Source: Eledone cirrhosa
Lineage: Eukaryota
NCBI GenBank assembly: GCA_964016885.1
Contig: OZ024745.1
Coordinates: forward strand, 1,860,001 to 1,924,000
Direction of reading: 5' to 3'
DNA: 64,000 bases
Each line of letters begins with the position of its first letter. The first letter of the stretch is position 1. The position numbers were made by a program, and so were the translations under genes. Below, one piece after another: positions 14,149 through 29,000 of this stretch. The notes beneath the pieces are model-generated. The model had not been told where the DNA came from. It did not search any database and was given only the letters and a program-made list of their open reading frames with translations.

Positions 14149-14693
14149 TACACACACCACACGCACATATATACACACATACACACACATATATATATAT
14201 ACACACACACACACATGTATTTGTATATATATATATATACACAAATACATATCTGTGTGTGAGTATATATATATGTGTGTGAGGTGTGTGTGTGTGTGTG
14301 TGTGTGTGTGCATGGGTGTTTTGATACACGCATGTATATATGGATATCTATATGTGTGTATGCGCGCGCACATTACAAATATGACCTTTAATCAGCAATA
14401 ATATATTGTATTCATTTTCTTATTCATTTTTAATTATATATATATACACGTGAGTGTGTGTATGTGTGTGTGTATGTGTATGTGTGTGTGTATGTGTATG
14501 TGTGTGTGTGTATGTGTGTGTATGTGTGTATGTGCGTATGTGTGTGTATGTGTGTGTATGTGTGTATGTGTGTGTATGTATGTGTATGTATGTGTATACT
14601 TATATAGTTGTACATACACACATACAGATATACATATATGTGAGTGTGTTTGTGTGTGTATATATACGAATATATTTGTACGCTGACACGCAT

Positions 14694-14755
<62 letters not shown>

Positions 14756-14872
14756 GTGTGTATGTGTGTATGTGTGTGTCTATGTATATATATATATATA
14801 TATACATACACACACACACACATATACACATGCTCACGCACACATATATATATATATGTGTGTGTCTATGTG

Positions 14873-14904
<32 letters not shown>

Positions 14905-14962
14905 TATATATACACACACGCATACACATATATACACACACACACACACACACAGCTATATA
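14104..14962. repeat. Compound (CA)/(TG)/(TA) microsatellites
   Basis: Direct reading. Confidence 0.9.
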
Positions 14963-15729
14963 CACTAGTGGAGTACACACGTAATACTTAAAGATCTTTG
15001 AATAGATGAGAAAAGTAAGAAAGAAAAAGTATAAATTTCAATATTGTTTATTATCGTTAATTAAATAGAATAGGTGGGGTGGGGGTGTATATGTGGGGTG
15101 GAGAGAGGGGGTGATGCTGGGGTGGAGTGAGGGGTGATGGTGGGGTGGAGAGGGGGTGATGGTGGGGGGTGGAGTGAGGGGGTGAGGATGGGGGATAGTA
15201 GGGTGGGGTGGTGGTGTATATGTGGGGGTGGAGAGAGGAGATGAGGGGATGGGGGTGGAGTGAGGGAGAGAGGATGGGGAGAGAGGTGGAGAGAGGGAGA
15301 GAGAGGAGCAGGAGAGAGAGGGGAGAGGAGGGAGTGAGAGAGGGGAGAGAGAGAAGAGAGGGTGGAGATAGAGGAGGGAGAAAGAAAGAGAGAGAGAGGG
15401 AGAGAGAGAAGGAGAGAGAGAGGGAGAGAGAGAGAGGGAATAAGGGAGAGTGAGTGAGAGAGAGAGAGAGAGGGAGAGAGGGAGAGAGAAAGAGAGAGAG
15501 AGATGGGGGGTGGGTGGGTAAAAAGAGGAATAAGAGGGGTAGAGAGAGAGTGAGAGAGGGGGAGAAAGAAGGAAGATAGTAACTGAGAAAGAAAGAAAGA
15601 AAGAAAGAAAGAAAAGAGAAGCTAGAGGTGTAACATGAAGAGAAGAGAGAGGAAATGTAAAATAAGAGAGAAGGTGAGACATTTGTACTGGTGAAATATG
15701 TCCTCCATCTTAACTGAAACAATCTCCTC

Positions 15730-16630
15730 CTCCACCTCATCATCACCATCATCACCATCACCATCACCACCACCATCACCACCACCATCACCATCACCAT
15801 CACCATCATCACCACCATCACCACCATCACCACTATCACCACCATCACCACCATCATCACCATCACCATCACCATCACCACCATCACCATCACCACCACC
15901 ATCACCATCACCATCACCATCACCATCACCATCATCACCATCACCACCACCATCACCATCACCATCACCACCATCACCACCACCATCACCATCATCACCA
16001 TCACCACCACCATCACCATCACCATCACCACCATCACCATCACCATCACCATCACCACCACCACCATCATCACCACCACCATCACCATCACCATCATCAT
16101 CACCATCACCACCACCATCACCATCACCACCACCACCACCATCACCATCACCACCATCCCCATCACCATTACCATCACCATCATCATCATCATCACCACC
16201 ACCACCACCACCACCATCACCATCACCATCACCATCACCATCACCACCACCACCATCATCATCACCACCACCATCACCATCACCATCACCACCACCATTA
16301 CCACCACCATCACCACCACCACCACCATCACCATCACCACCACCATCACCATCACCATCATCATCACCATCACCATCATCATCATCACCACCACCATCAC
16401 CATCACCATCACCACCACCATTACCACCACCATCACCACCACCACCACCATCACCATCACCACCACCATCACCATCACCATCATCATCACCATCACCATC
16501 ATCATCATCACCATCACCATCACCATCACCACCACCATCATCATCACCACCATCACCATCATCACCATCACCATCATCATCACCATCATCATGATCATCA
16601 TCATCAGCAGCAGCATCATCATCATCTTCA
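15730..16630. repeat. (CAC/CAT)n trinucleotide tract
   Basis: Direct reading; source of the poly-V/M and poly-SP ORFs. Confidence 0.95.
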
Positions 16631-17070
16631 TTATCATTATCATGTTGATGACGATGGGTGTTCTGAGGAGTTTTAGCTCAATATTCATTTCGATTAAGAT
16701 GGCGTCTTCCCCCCCCCCCCCTCTCCAGGTTGTATCTTCTATAATGTTGTTGTTGTTGTTGTTGTCGTTTGCTGTGTTATAAATTCCGTACATATAATTC
16801 GATAAACATGCTATTATATAATTGGTAGCGAGAGAGAGGGGGGAGGGGTGACGGCGAGAGGGGGGAGACGGGGTGGAGGAGGGGACAGTGAGGGGGTGAC
16901 GGGGAGAGGGAGGGGACAGAGAGGGGGTGACAGGGAGAGGGGTGAGGAGTGACGGGGCTGGGGTGGGGTGAGGAGATGGTGAGAAAGGAGGAGAGGTGGG
17001 GGAGAAGAGGTCATTCGAGAAATAAAACAAAACAAAAATATCATTAAATTATACATATATACATATACAC

Positions 17071-17615
17071 ATGATGGTTGCCCTCTCGTTATCGAGTATG
17101 GCCATTGCACGAGAAAAAAAAATATATATATATATATATTAATTATAACAACAATAATTATAACGACAAACAACAACAATAATAATATACATATATATAT
17201 ATATATATACACACACACGCACACACATAAACATATCTATACACACACACGATAGCAATTAACAGCGCTGCGATCGAATGTGGCTTTTTAGCCCAGCCAA
17301 TGATCTAAAATGTCTTGCACAGAGTCGGCAACCAAAACATTCACTGGGAATAGCCGGCTGTGGCTGGAGTTGATGTACTGTTGCATGTCGTTTGAGCCTT
17401 CCTGCTGATTTGCATTCTCTACCACATGTTTGGCAAGCATGATGAGTAGCATCTCCAACAGCAGCCTGGTAGTCAACCACTGGTCTTACTTTATGACTGC
17501 GAACATGACTTTCGAGTCCAGCTTTGCTTAGGTAGAGTCTCGCACATACGCTGCATGTCAGCACCATAGGAGGACCCTCGCCGTCAGGAAGTGCAACAGC
17601 AATGCCCTTCCTCAC
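17071..17615 (-). mobile_element. 3' end of RTE-like LINE with three C2H2-type zinc fingers
   Basis: ORF 17259-17615 has CSVC..GLESHVRSH, CQTC..LKRHATVH and CRLC..AGLKSHIRSQ (last His lost). The 3' terminal stem-loop TGGCCATACTCGATAACGAG..GGCAACCA at 17071-17108 matches the end of the insert at 45392-45424. Confidence 0.7.
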
Positions 17616-17619
17616 ATCC

Positions 17620-18212
17620 CGCCTGTAGGACGGATCCAGCTATCAGCTGAGTTCATCGTGAGGATTGCCCCGCCCTCTTCCTTTAGCCTGGAAGGGCAGG
17701 CAATTTTTATCTGTCTGGTGGCCATGGCGAAAGAGATAGTATGGTGGACACGTTTGAAAGGGCTGAAGACGAGCACTTACCTCTTCGGTGATGCCCTGAT
17801 TAATTTTTGAAATTTCATTTGAAAAGGAAAATCAGGGTAGAGAGGGAAGTGCTCTCTTCCCAGCATTTTGTTGAAAGAAGGGTGAGAGAGGCAAGAAAGG
17901 CCCGAGTGAATGGGCTTAGTCTGAGTATGTGTCTGTAAATTAAAGGTGGAAAACTGGGAGAGGACACTTGCCCTGGTGGTCAGGGTCACTGTGGCTTTTT
18001 AATGGGCTTTCTCCACGAATGTCCCTCGGAAGTCTCCCCCCTATTGGGGAATTTTTCATTGTTATTTTTTGTTACATCCTCTGTTTTTTGTTTTTTACAC
18101 GCAGAAATGCCCATTTGTACCGTCCTGTATTGTTCTGTACTGTCCTTAATGTCTACTTTATGTAAACCCTTGTGGTTAATAACGAAAGCATTAATAAATA
18201 ATTATTAATAGT

Positions 18213-18250
<38 letters not shown>

Positions 18251-18252
18251 AT
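17620..18252 (+). mobile_element. 3' fragment of L1/Tx1-like LINE (ORF2 C-terminus, 3' UTR, (TTA)n tail)
   Basis: Manual translation IFICLVAMAKEIVWWTRLKG...FHLKRKIRVEREVLSSQHFVER with one frameshift, then a T-rich UTR, AATAAA and (TTA)n. Confidence 0.6.
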
Positions 18253-18325
18253 TATGATTTACCATGACTGAATCTTAACTATCTACTATGTCAGGTTATG
18301 TCATGCCATGCAGGGTATGTCATGT

Positions 18326-18392
18326 TATTTTATCTGATGAGGACGTATTGTTGAAGTTAACTCAGTACCTCTGAAATATGTATAATAAAATA
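18326..18392 (+). ncRNA. Type I hammerhead ribozyme motif in PLE pLTR remnant
   Basis: TATTTTAT-CTGATGA-imperfect stem II-GAAA-TATGTA-TA-ATAAAATA. Confidence 0.7.
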
Positions 18393-18431
18393 TACTTGAT
18401 CACAAGAATATATATTTTGTTAATATTTTGA

Positions 18432-18753
<322 letters not shown>

Positions 18754-18832
18754 TTTCATCTCGGGAACAATTTTGAATAGCGCCAGTTCGTAATTTGAAC
18801 TCGGGAATTTTATATTCTCCGAGTGAAAAGAC

Positions 18833-18917
18833 CCTTCTGACGAGAGTTTATCTTTTCAATGGAAGGCCGCAAGGACTGTCCATTTATTTTTGAGACTCGA
18901 AACCGATTCGGTAAAGG
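18833..18917 (+). ncRNA. Type I hammerhead ribozyme with extended stem II
   Basis: CCTT-CTGACGA-GAGTTT...AGACTC-GAAA-CCG-ATT-CGG-TA-AAGG; GUA cleavage triplet. Confidence 0.8.
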
Positions 18918-18985
18918 TAACCATAGTGAGTAGAGTTAATTTTAAAAAATTTATTTTGAAACTTTTTCTTATTTGCTAAACCTTG

Positions 18986-19032
<47 letters not shown>

Positions 19033-19044
19033 TTAATATAGATG

Positions 19045-19095
19045 AGATTCTACAGGACTAGAACTGTTTCATTCATTAGAAATCATCAGGAATCT
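19045..19095 (-). ncRNA. Type I hammerhead ribozyme (inverted copy)
   Basis: Reverse complement of 19349-19399. Confidence 0.8.
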
Positions 19096-19348
19096 GGGTA
19101 TCAAAAAATAAATATGGTATTTATAGGTCTCTACAAGTGGTAGGAGAGGTTCCGGAACCTGTTTATAGAATTCTGTCTGCCCTTGTTACTCTAAAAACAT
19201 AAATAAATAAAAATAAACTATAGCTTTGTAGAATTAGCTTTTAATGAATTCCCTTTTCTATCAACCAATGACCTGCACCCATCCCACTCCGCACCCTCTC
19301 CTACCACTTGTAGAGACCTATAAATACCATATTTATTTTTTGATACCC

Positions 19349-19399
19349 AGATTCCTGATGATTTCTAATGAATGAAACAGTTCTAGTCCTGTAGAATCT
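19349..19399 (+). ncRNA. Type I hammerhead ribozyme
   Basis: AGATTC-CTGATGA-T-TTC-TAAT-GAA-T-GAAA-CAG-TTCTAGTC-CTG-TA-GAATCT. Confidence 0.8.
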
Positions 19400-19502
19400 C
19401 ATCTATATTAAAACTTTTATACTCTGCTATGTATTGAGTACCTTACTTACTGTGGTTACCTCCGATTCAACCCGGAATAACGTATATATATATATATATA
19501 TA

Positions 19503-20046
19503 TTCGTCCGTCTTCGCAAGACGATGGGGTAGCTCCGCGCGGGTATCAGCGGTTGCACTTGCATGATTGGCTGAACAACGCCACCCGTGAGTGGCTGTAG
19601 AGCTACGTCGCCTGGACAGGTACATTCAAGAGGGCAAACTGTTGTCCAGGCAGCAGACCTCTCCCTCTCCACGCGGCTGATGGCCACCAACGGAACAACG
19701 GATGTCGATACAGCTTGGCACAAGCGGCGTCGCAGGAGTTGCCGGAATGACGTTAGGGTGTCGGGCCGCCTTCGGGACCCCGGCTCCTGATTTTATGTCG
19801 GGGTTTACTCCCTTAGGCTTTTCCAAGACTGGGTGTTCCACAAGGCAGCGGTAGTTTTAAATTTAGGGTTCTCCTTCCCCTAGATGAGCCACCAACCAAG
19901 GTTGACGAGTCCCATCTGCCCGAAGGAACTGGTTATTGTAAGACGCCAGTAACCCACCTCTCGTCCCTTCTCCTGTCGGTTTGAAACAGGACCGCTGGGT
20001 GTAGAGACTCAGCCACACGAGAAGGCCAGGAGCTGGACTAGGTTGG
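19503..20046 (-). mobile_element. Non-autonomous RTE-derived element (5' UTR plus 3' stem-loop)
   Basis: Minus strand has RTE 5'-UTR-like motifs (CATCTAGGGGAAGGAGAACCCT, GGGCAGATGGGACTCGTCA) and ends in CATCGTCTTGCGAAGACGGA. GC-rich, no coding ORF. Confidence 0.65.
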
Positions 20047-23000
20047 TATATATGTTATATGGAAGTGTAGGTATATATATATATATATGTTATATGGAAG
20101 TGTAGATATATATATATATTATATGGAAGTGTTGGTATATATATATGTTATATGGAATTGTAGGTATATATATATGTTATATGGAAGTGTATATATATAT
20201 ATATGTTATATGGAAGTGTAGGTATATATATATATATATGTTATATGGAAGTGTAGATATATATATATGTTATATGGAAGTGTAGGTATATATATATGTT
20301 ATATGGAAGTGTAGATATATATATATGTTATATGGAAGTGTAGGTATATATATATGTTATATGGAAGTGTAGATATATATATATGTTATATGGAAGTGTA
20401 GGTATATATATATGTTATATGGAAGTGTAGATATATATATATGTTATATGGAAGTGTAGGTATATATATATGTTATATGGAAGTGTAGATATATATATAT
20501 GTTATATGGAAGTGTAGATATATATATATGTTATATGGAAGTGTAGATATATATATATGTTATATGGAAGTGTAGGTATATATATATGTTATATGGAAGT
20601 GTAGGTATATATATATGTTATATGGAAGTGTAGGTATATATATGTTATATGGAAGTGTAGGTATATATATATGTTATATGGAAGTGTAGCTATATATATA
20701 TGTTATATGGAAGTGTAGGTATATATATATTTTATATGGAAGTGTAGGTATATATATATGTTATATGGAAGTGTAGGTATATATATATGTTATATGGAAG
20801 TGTAGGTATATATATATTTTATATGGAAGTGTAGGTATATATATATGTTATATGGAAGTGTAGGTATATATATATGTTATATGGAAGTGTAGGTATATAT
20901 ATATTTTATATGGAAGTGTAGGTATATATATATGTTATATGGAAGTGTAGGTATATATATATGTTATATGGAAGTGTAGGTATATATATATGTTATATGG
21001 AAGTGTTGGTATATATATATGTTATATGGAAGTGTAGGTATATATATATGTTATATGGAAGTGTAGGTATATATATATGTTATATGGAATTGTAGGTATA
21101 TATATATATATATGTTATATGGAAGTGTTGGTATATATATATTTTATATGGAAGTGTAGGTATATATATATGTTATATGGAAGTGTATATATATATATGT
21201 TATATGGAAGTGTAGGTATATATATATTATATGGAAGGGTAGATATATATATATATGTTATATGGAAGTGTAGATATATATATGTTATATGGAATTGTAG
21301 GTATATATATATGTTATATGGAAGTGTTGGTATATATATATGTTATATGGAAGTGTTGGTATATATATATGTTATATGGAAGTGTAGATATATATATATG
21401 TTATATGGAATTGTAGGTATATATATATGTTATATGGAAGTGTTGGTATATATATATGTTATATGGAAGTGTAGATATATATATGTTATATGGAATTGTA
21501 GGTATATATATATGTTATATGGAAGTGTTGGTATATATATATGTTATATGGAAGTGTTGGTATATATATATGTTATATGGAAGTGTAGATATATATATAT
21601 GTTATATGGAATTGTAGGTATATATATATGTTATATGGAAGTGTAGATATATATATATGTTATATGGAAGTGTAGATATATATATATGTTATATGGAATT
21701 GTAGGTATATATATATGTTATATGGAAGTGTTGGTATATATATATGTTATATGGAAGTGTTGGTATATATATATGTTATATGGAAGTGTAGGTATATATA
21801 TATGTTATATGGAAGTGTAGGTATATATATATGTTATATGGAAGTGTTGGTATATATATATGTTATATGGAAGTGTAGATATATATATATGTTATATGGA
21901 ATTGTAGGTATATATATATGTTATATGGAAGTGTATATATATATATATGTTATATGGAATTGTAGGTATATATATATATGTTATATGGAAGTGTTGGTAT
22001 ATATATATATGTTGTATGGAAGTGTTGGTATATATATATATGTTATATGGAAGTGTAGGTATATATATATGTTATATGGAAGTGTAGGTATATATATGTT
22101 ATATGGAAGTGTTGGTATATATATATATGTTATATGGAAGTGTAGGTATATATATATATGTTATATGGAAGTGTAGGTATATATATATGTTATATGGAAG
22201 TGTAGATATATATATATGTTATATGGAAGTGTAGATATATATATATATATGTTATATGGAAGTGTAGATATATATATATATATGTTATATGGAAGTGTAG
22301 GTATAAATATATATGTTATATGGAAGTGTAGGTATATATATATGTTATATGGAAGTGTTGGTATATATATATATGTTGTATGGAAGTGTTGGTATATATA
22401 TATATGTTATATGGAAGTGTAGGTATATATATATGTTATATGGAAGTGTAGGTATATATATGTTATATGGAAGTGTAGGTATATATATATATGTTATATG
22501 GAAGTGTAGGTATATATATATGTTATATGGAAGTGTAGATATATATATATGTTATATGGAAGTGTAGATATATATATATATATATGTTATATGGAAGTGT
22601 AGATATATATATATATATGTTATATGGAAGTGTAGGTATAAATATATATGTTATATGGAAGTGTAGATATATATATATGTTATATGTTATATGGAAGTGT
22701 AGATATATATATGTTATATGGAAGTGTAGATATATATATATGTTATATGGAAGTGTAGATATATATATATGTTATATGGAAGTGTTGGTATATATATATA
22801 TGTTATATGGAAATGTATATATATATATGTTATATGGAAGTGTTGGTATATATATATGTTATATCGAAGTGTAGGTATATATATATATGTTATATGGAAG
22901 TGTAGGTATATTTATATGTTATATGGAAGTGTTGGTATATATATATGTTACATAGAAGTGTAGATATATATATATGTTATATGGAAGTGTAGGTATATTT

Positions 23001-26000
23001 ATATGTTATATGGAAGTGTTGGTATATATATATGTTATATGGAAGTGGTAGGTATATATATATGCTATATGGAAGAATAGGTATATATATATATATTATA
23101 TGGAAGTGTTGGTATATATATATGTTATGTGGAAGTGTAGGTATATATGTGTAGATATATATATATATGTTGTATGGAAGTGTTGGTATATATATATGTT
23201 ATATGGAACTGTTGGTATATATATATTATATGGAATTGTAGGCATATATATATATGTTATATGGAAGTGTAGGTATATATATATATGTTATATGGAAGTG
23301 TAGGTATATTTACATGTTATATGGAAGTGTTGGTATATATATATGTTATATGGAAGTGTAGGTATATATATATATGTTATATAGAAGTGTAGGTATATAT
23401 ATATGTTGTATGGAAGTGTTGGTATATATATATATTGTATAGATGTGTTGGTATATATATAATCTATATGGAAGAGTAGTAGCTATATATATATATATAT
23501 GTTATATGGAAGTGTAGGTATATATATATGTTATATGGAAGTGTAGGTATCTATATATATGTTGTATGGAAGTGTTGGTATATATATATTTTATATGAAA
23601 GTGTTGGTATATATATATATATGTTATATGGAAGTGTAGGTATAAATATATATGTTATATGGAAGTGTAGGTATATATATATGTTATATGGAAGTGTAGG
23701 TATATATATATGTTATATGGAAGTGTAGGTATATATATATGTTATATGGAAGTGTAGGTATATATATATGTTATATTGAACTGTAGGTATATATATATGT
23801 TATATGGAAGTGTAGGTATATATATGTTGTATGGAAGTGTAGGTATATATATATATGTTATATGGAAGTGTAGGTATATATATATATTATATGGAAGTGT
23901 AGATATATATATGTTATATGGAATTGTAGGTATATATATATATATGTTATATGGAAGTGTTGGTATATATATATTTTATATGGAAGTGTAGATATATATA
24001 TATGTTATATGGAATTGTAGGTATATATATATGTTATATGGAAGTGTATATATATATATATGTTATATGGAATTGTAGGTATATATATATATATGTTATA
24101 TGGAAGTGTTGCTATATATATATATGTTATATGGAAGTGTTGGTATATATATATATGTTATATGGAAGTGTAGGTATATATATATGTTATGTTATATGGA
24201 AGTGTAGATATATATATGTTATATGGAAGTGTAGATATATATATATGTTATATGGAATTGTAGGTATATATATATATGTTATATGGAAGTGTTGGTATAT
24301 ATATATATGTTATATGGAAGTGTTGGTATATATATATATGTTATATGGAAGTGTAGGTATATATATATGTTATATGGAAGTGTAGGTATATATATGTTAT
24401 ATGGAAGTGTTGGTATATATATATATGTTATATGGAAGTGTAGGTATATATATATATATGTTACATGGAAGTGTAGGTATATATATATGTTATATGGAAG
24501 TGTAGATATATATATATGTTATATGGAAGTGTAGATATATATATATATATGTTATATGGAAGTGTAGATATATATATATATATGTTATATGGAAGTGTAG
24601 GTATAAATATATATGTTATATGGAAGTGTAGGTATATATATATGTTATATGGAAGTGTAGGTATATATATATGTTATATGGAAGGGTAGATATATATATA
24701 TGTTATATGTTATATGGAAGTGTAGATATATATATGTTATATGGAAGTGTAGATATATATATATGTTATATGGAAGTGTAGATATATATATATGTTATAT
24801 GGAAGTGTTGGTATATATATATATGTTATATGGAAATGTATATATATATATGTTATATGGAAGTGTTGGTATATATATATGTTATATCGAAGTGTAGGTA
24901 TATATATATGTTATATGGAAGTGTAGGTATATTTATATGTTATATGGAAGTGTTGGTATATATATATGTTACATAGAAGTGTAGATATATATATGTTATA
25001 TGGAAGTGTAGGTATATTTATATGTTATATGGAAGTGTAGGTATATATATATGCTATATGGAAGAATAGGTATATATATATATATTATATGGAAGTGTTG
25101 GTATATATATATGTTATGTGGAAGTGTAGGTATATATGTGTAGATATATATATATGTTGTATGGAAGTGTAGGTATATATATATGTTATATGGAACTGTT
25201 GGTATATATATATTATATGGAATTGTAGGCATATATATATATGTTATATGGAAGTGTAGGTATATATATATATGTTATATGGAAGTGTAGGTATATTTAC
25301 ATGTTATATGGAAGTGTTGGTATATATATATATTGTATAGATGTGTTGGTATATATATAATCTATATGGAAGAGTAGCTATATATATATATATATGTTAT
25401 ATGGAAGTGTAGGTATATATATATGTTATATGGAAGTGTAGGTATATATATATGTTATATGGAAGTGTAGGTATATATATATGTTGTATGGAAGTGTAGG
25501 TATATATATATGTTATATGGAAGTGTAGGTATATATATATATTATATGGAAGTGTAGATATATATATATGTTATATGGAAGTGGAGGTATATATATATGT
25601 TATATGGAAGTGTAGATATATATATATGTTATATGGAAGTGTATATATATATATATTATATGGATGTGTAGGTATATATATGTTGTATGGAAGTGTAGGT
25701 ATATATATATGTTATATGGAAGTGTATATATATATATATATTATATGGAAGTGTAGGTATATATATAACTTGTATGGAAGTGTAGGTATATATATATGTT
25801 ATATGGAAGTGTATATATATATATATATATTATATGGAAGTGTAGGTATATATATGTTGTATGGAAGTGTAGATATATATATGTTATATGGAAGTGTAGG
25901 TATATATATATGTTATATGGAAGTGTAGGTATATATATATATTATATGGAAGTGTAGATATATATATATGTTATATGGAAGTGTATATATATATATATTA

Positions 26001-29000
26001 TATGGAAGTGTAGGTATATATATGTTGTATGGAAGTGTAGGTGTATATATATGTTATATGGAAGTGTAGGTATATATATATGTTATATGGAAGTGTTGGT
26101 ATATATATATGTTATATGGAAGTGTAGGTATATATATATTATATGGAAGTGTAGGTATATATATATGTTATATGGAAGTGTTGGTATATATATATATATA
26201 TTATATGGAAGTGTTGGTATATATATCTGTTATATGGAAGTGTAGGTATATATATATGTTATATGGAAGTGTTGGTATATATATATTATATGGAAGTGTA
26301 GGTATATATATCTGTTATATGGAAGTATAGGTATATATATATATTATATGGAAGTGTTGGTATATATATATATTATATGGAAGTGTAGGTATATATATAT
26401 GTTATATGGAAGTGTTGGTATATATATCTGTTATATGGAGGTGTAGGTATATATATGGAAGTGTAGGTATATATATATGTTATATGGAAGTGTAGGTATA
26501 TATATATGTTATATGGAAGTGTATGTATATATATATATAATATGGAAGTGTAGGTATATATATATGTTATATGGAAGTGTAGGTATATATATATGTTATA
26601 TGGAAGTGTAGCTATATATATATGCTATATGGAAGTGTTGGTATATATATATGTTATACAAGGAAGTGTTGGTATATATATATATTATATGGAAGTGTAT
26701 ATATATATATATATATTATATGGAAGTGTAGGTATATATATGTTGTATGGAAGTGTAGATATATATATGTTATATGGAAGTGTAGGTATATATATATGTT
26801 ATATGGAAGTGTAGGTATATATATATATTATATGGAAGTGTAGATATATATATATGTTATATGGAAGTGTATATATATATATATTATATGGAAGTGTAGG
26901 TATATATATGTTGTATGGAAGTGTAGGTATATATATATGTTATATGGAAGTGTATATATATATATATTATATGGAAGTGTAGGTATATATATATGTTTAT
27001 ATGGAAGTGTAGGTATATATGTTGTATGTAAGTGTTGGTATATATATATGTTATATTGAAGTGTAGGTATATATATATGTTATATGGAAGTGTTGGTATA
27101 TATATATGTTATATGGAAGTGTTGGTATATATATATGTTATATGGAAGTGTAGGTATATATATATTATATGGAAGTGTAGGTATATATATATGTTATATG
27201 GAAGTGTTGGTATATATATATACTATATGGAAGTGTTGGTATATATATCTGTTATATGGAAGTGTAGGTATATATATATGTTATATGGAAGTGTTGGTAT
27301 ATATATATTATATGGAAGTGTAGGTATATATATCTGTTATATGGAAGTATAGGTATATATATATATTATATGGAAGTGTTGGTATATATATATATTATAT
27401 GGAAGTGTAGGTATATATATATGTTATATGGAAGTGTTGGTATATATATCTGTTATATGGAAGTGTAGGTATATATATGGAAGTGTAGGTATATATATAT
27501 GTTATATGGCAGTGTTGGTATATATATATGTTATATGGAAATGTATATATATATATATATATGTGCGTTATATGGAAGTGGAGGTATATATATATGTTAT
27601 ATGGAAGTGTTGGTATGTATATATATAATATGGAAGTGTAGGTATATATATATGTTATATGGAAGTGTAGGTATATATATATGTTATATGGAAGTGTAGG
27701 TACATATATATGCTATATGGAAGTGTTGGTATATATATATGTTATATGGAAGTGTTGGTATTTATATATATAATATGGAAGTGTAGTATATATATATATG
27801 TTATATGGAAGTGTATATATATATATATATATACATGTTATATGGAAGTGTAGGTATATATATATATGTTGTATGGAAGTGTTAGTATATATATATATAT
27901 GTTATATGGAAGTGTAGGTATATATATATATGTTATATGGAAGAGTAGGTACATATATATGTAACATGGAAGTGTTGGTATATATATATATTGTATCGAA
28001 GTGTTGGTATATATATATATGTTATATGTAAGTGTAGGTATATATATATATATATATATATATGTTATATGGAAGTGTATGTATATATATATATATGTTA
28101 TATGGAAGTGTATGTATATTTATATGTTATATGGAAGTGTTGGTATATATATATGTTATATGGATGTGTAGGTATATATGTTATATGGAAGTGTAGGTAC
28201 ATATATGTTATATGAAAAGGTCGGTATATATATATGTCGTATGGAAGTGTAGGTATATATATATGTTATATGGCAGTGTATGTATATATATATGTTATAT
28301 GGAAGTGTAGGTATATATATATATGTTATATGGAAGTGTAGGTATATATATATGTTATATGGAAGTGTATGTATATATATATATAATATGGAAGTGTAGG
28401 TATATATATATGTTATATGGAAGTGTAGGTATATATATATGTTATATGGAAGTGTAGCTATATATATATGCTATATGGAAGTGTTGGTATATATATATGT
28501 TATACAAGGAAGTGTTGGTATATATATATATTATATGGAAGTGTAGGTATATATATATATGTTATATGGAAGTGTATATATATATACATGTTATATGGAA
28601 GTGTAGGCATATATATATGTTATATGGAAGTGTTGGTATATATATATGTTATATGGAAGTGTTGGTATATATATATGTTATATGGAAGTGTTGGTATATA
28701 TATATGTTATATGGAAGTGTAGGTATATATATATGTTATATGGAAGTGTTGGTATATATATATATATGTTATATGGAAGTGTAGGTATATATATATGTTA
28801 TATGGAAGTGTAGTTATATATATATGTGATATGGAAGTGTAGGTATATATATATGTTATATGGAATTGTAGGTATGTATATATGTTATATGGAAGTGTTG
28901 GTATATATATATGTCATATGGAAGTGTAGGTATATATATATATGTTACATGGAAGTGTTGGTATATATATATATGTTATATGGAAGTGTTGGTATATATA

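Larger units (their letters stand above)
19029..19482. mobile_element. Mini PLE: inverted pLTR pair plus 3' tail, flanked by (TA)n
   Basis: 121-bp inverted arms at 19029-19149 and 19295-19415, each with CTATAAATA and a hammerhead; unique tail at 19416-19482. Confidence 0.8.

Noticed and set aside
15057-17030. 657-aa poly-V/M and 298-aa Ser-Pro extensin-like ORFs
   Set aside because: Translations of a (CAC/CAT)n microsatellite.
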